A stretch of DNA of 64,000 bases, from positions 113,896,001 through 113,960,000 of the forward strand of contig NC_087437.1 in NCBI RefSeq assembly GCF_036321535.1, written 5' to 3'. How positions within the stretch are numbered: position 1 is the first letter of the stretch; each line of letters begins with the position of its first letter. The stretch comes from Camelus dromedarius. Its lineage: Eukaryota. The translations under genes and the position numbers were made by a program. This document shows positions 62,913 through 64,000 of the stretch, piece by piece. The notes beneath the pieces are model-generated. The model made no database searches, was not told the DNA's origin, and saw nothing but the letters and a program-made list of their open reading frames with translations.

Positions 62913-64000
62913 GCCAAGGCCAACCCCTCCATTTGAAAAATCAAATCCCTCAGACCTTGCAAGGTGAAGGGTCTTGTCCAAATGTACAATATGTGTGATT
63001 GGAGAGAAATGGGCGTGTACACTAATTCGGTGGGGGATAAAAAACCTCAGTTCATTTCATCTCTCCAAATGTTCTCTTCCAAACCACATGCAATCAGCAT
63101 GCTTTGAAAGAAGGTTTTTAGTGAAGCAGGTGTCAGGTGACACCTCAATTTAAGGATCAGTAAAATAAACAGAGGCTTCCTTGTGCTGTGAGAGGAGGAG
63201 AACTTGGGGGAACCTGAAGGATGAGGTCATGATCCTTCCTGCAGGGGGAGCTACTTGGAATCAAGCATCTGCTTCTTTAAGAGGGATGGCGGCCATGAGC
63301 AAGTTCATGTCCTCCACCCACAAGTAAAGAAAGCAAGGTGTCCCTGTGGCTCCAGGAACCACTTTCTGGACACCAGGAGGGTGGCCAATGACAGCTTCCC
63401 CAGAAAGGGTGCGAAGGGCTGTGAGGCCAGCAGAAGCCACAGCCTGGCATGTAGGCTACATACGTGCTGGTGACAATTGCCAGGAAGTCTCTCTGCTCTG
63501 AAATACTTCGTCCCAGAGAAGCTCGCTCTGATGACTTTGAAAAGTAGCAGAACCCGTTCCCTCCTTGGCAGGAGTTTGTGCATTTCACTCATGTCAAGTC
63601 AGGACTAATAGTCCTAATGATTTTGAAGGGCTCTAAATGATTCCTTTATGCCTGGCCGGGATTGGCCGGGGTTCCACTTATAACCCGCAACATACACACA
63701 CGTTCCACAGAAAAATAAATACTGGCGTAACCATGTTGGTGCCATGCCACTTAAAATGGCCATTTTCTTAAGTACTCATTTGAAAAACAACTTTGTTATT
63801 TCAGCATCTGCCTTTGAAAGCTGGCTTTCTGTATCTCTGGTCTTATATTTTCATCACAGGGGAAAAAATAAAACATTAACTCCTTCAACAGTTGAGAACT
63901 GACTTATGTGGAAGAAAAAAATGAAGTCCAGGGAAAAGGCATTGGTCCCACTTTCTCAGTTCTGTATCAAAGTTTCCACAAAGCATCCTGCCTGAACTCC

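Noticed and set aside
1..64000. A novel multi-gene system or intact provirus
   Set aside because: No gag/pol/env or transposase-like ORFs, LTRs are unrelated solo copies, and no coding cluster is visible

Overview
This is mammalian non-coding DNA, most likely camelid (camel/alpaca/llama), judged from tRNA-derived Vic-1-type SINEs and matching young L1 3' ends. I found no credible cellular protein-coding exon, RNA gene or CRISPR array. The only ORFs I recognise are broken LINE-1 ORF2 fragments, and the rest of the ORF track looks like chance ORFs. The window is a mosaic of interspersed repeats: young and old L1, L2, MIR, MaLR/ERVL/ERV1 solo LTRs and hAT DNA-transposon relics, with several nested insertions and readable target-site duplications (TSDs). 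The most informative structures are two 5'-inverted (twin-primed) L1 insertions within about 5 kb (one missing about 2 kb internally), two L1 copies sharing nearly the same breakpoint, a perfect 17-bp hairpin, and motif-dense unique segments that may be enhancers. I do not see evidence for a novel biological system. Repeat subfamily names come from recalled consensus sequences, not from a search, and boundaries without TSDs are approximate.
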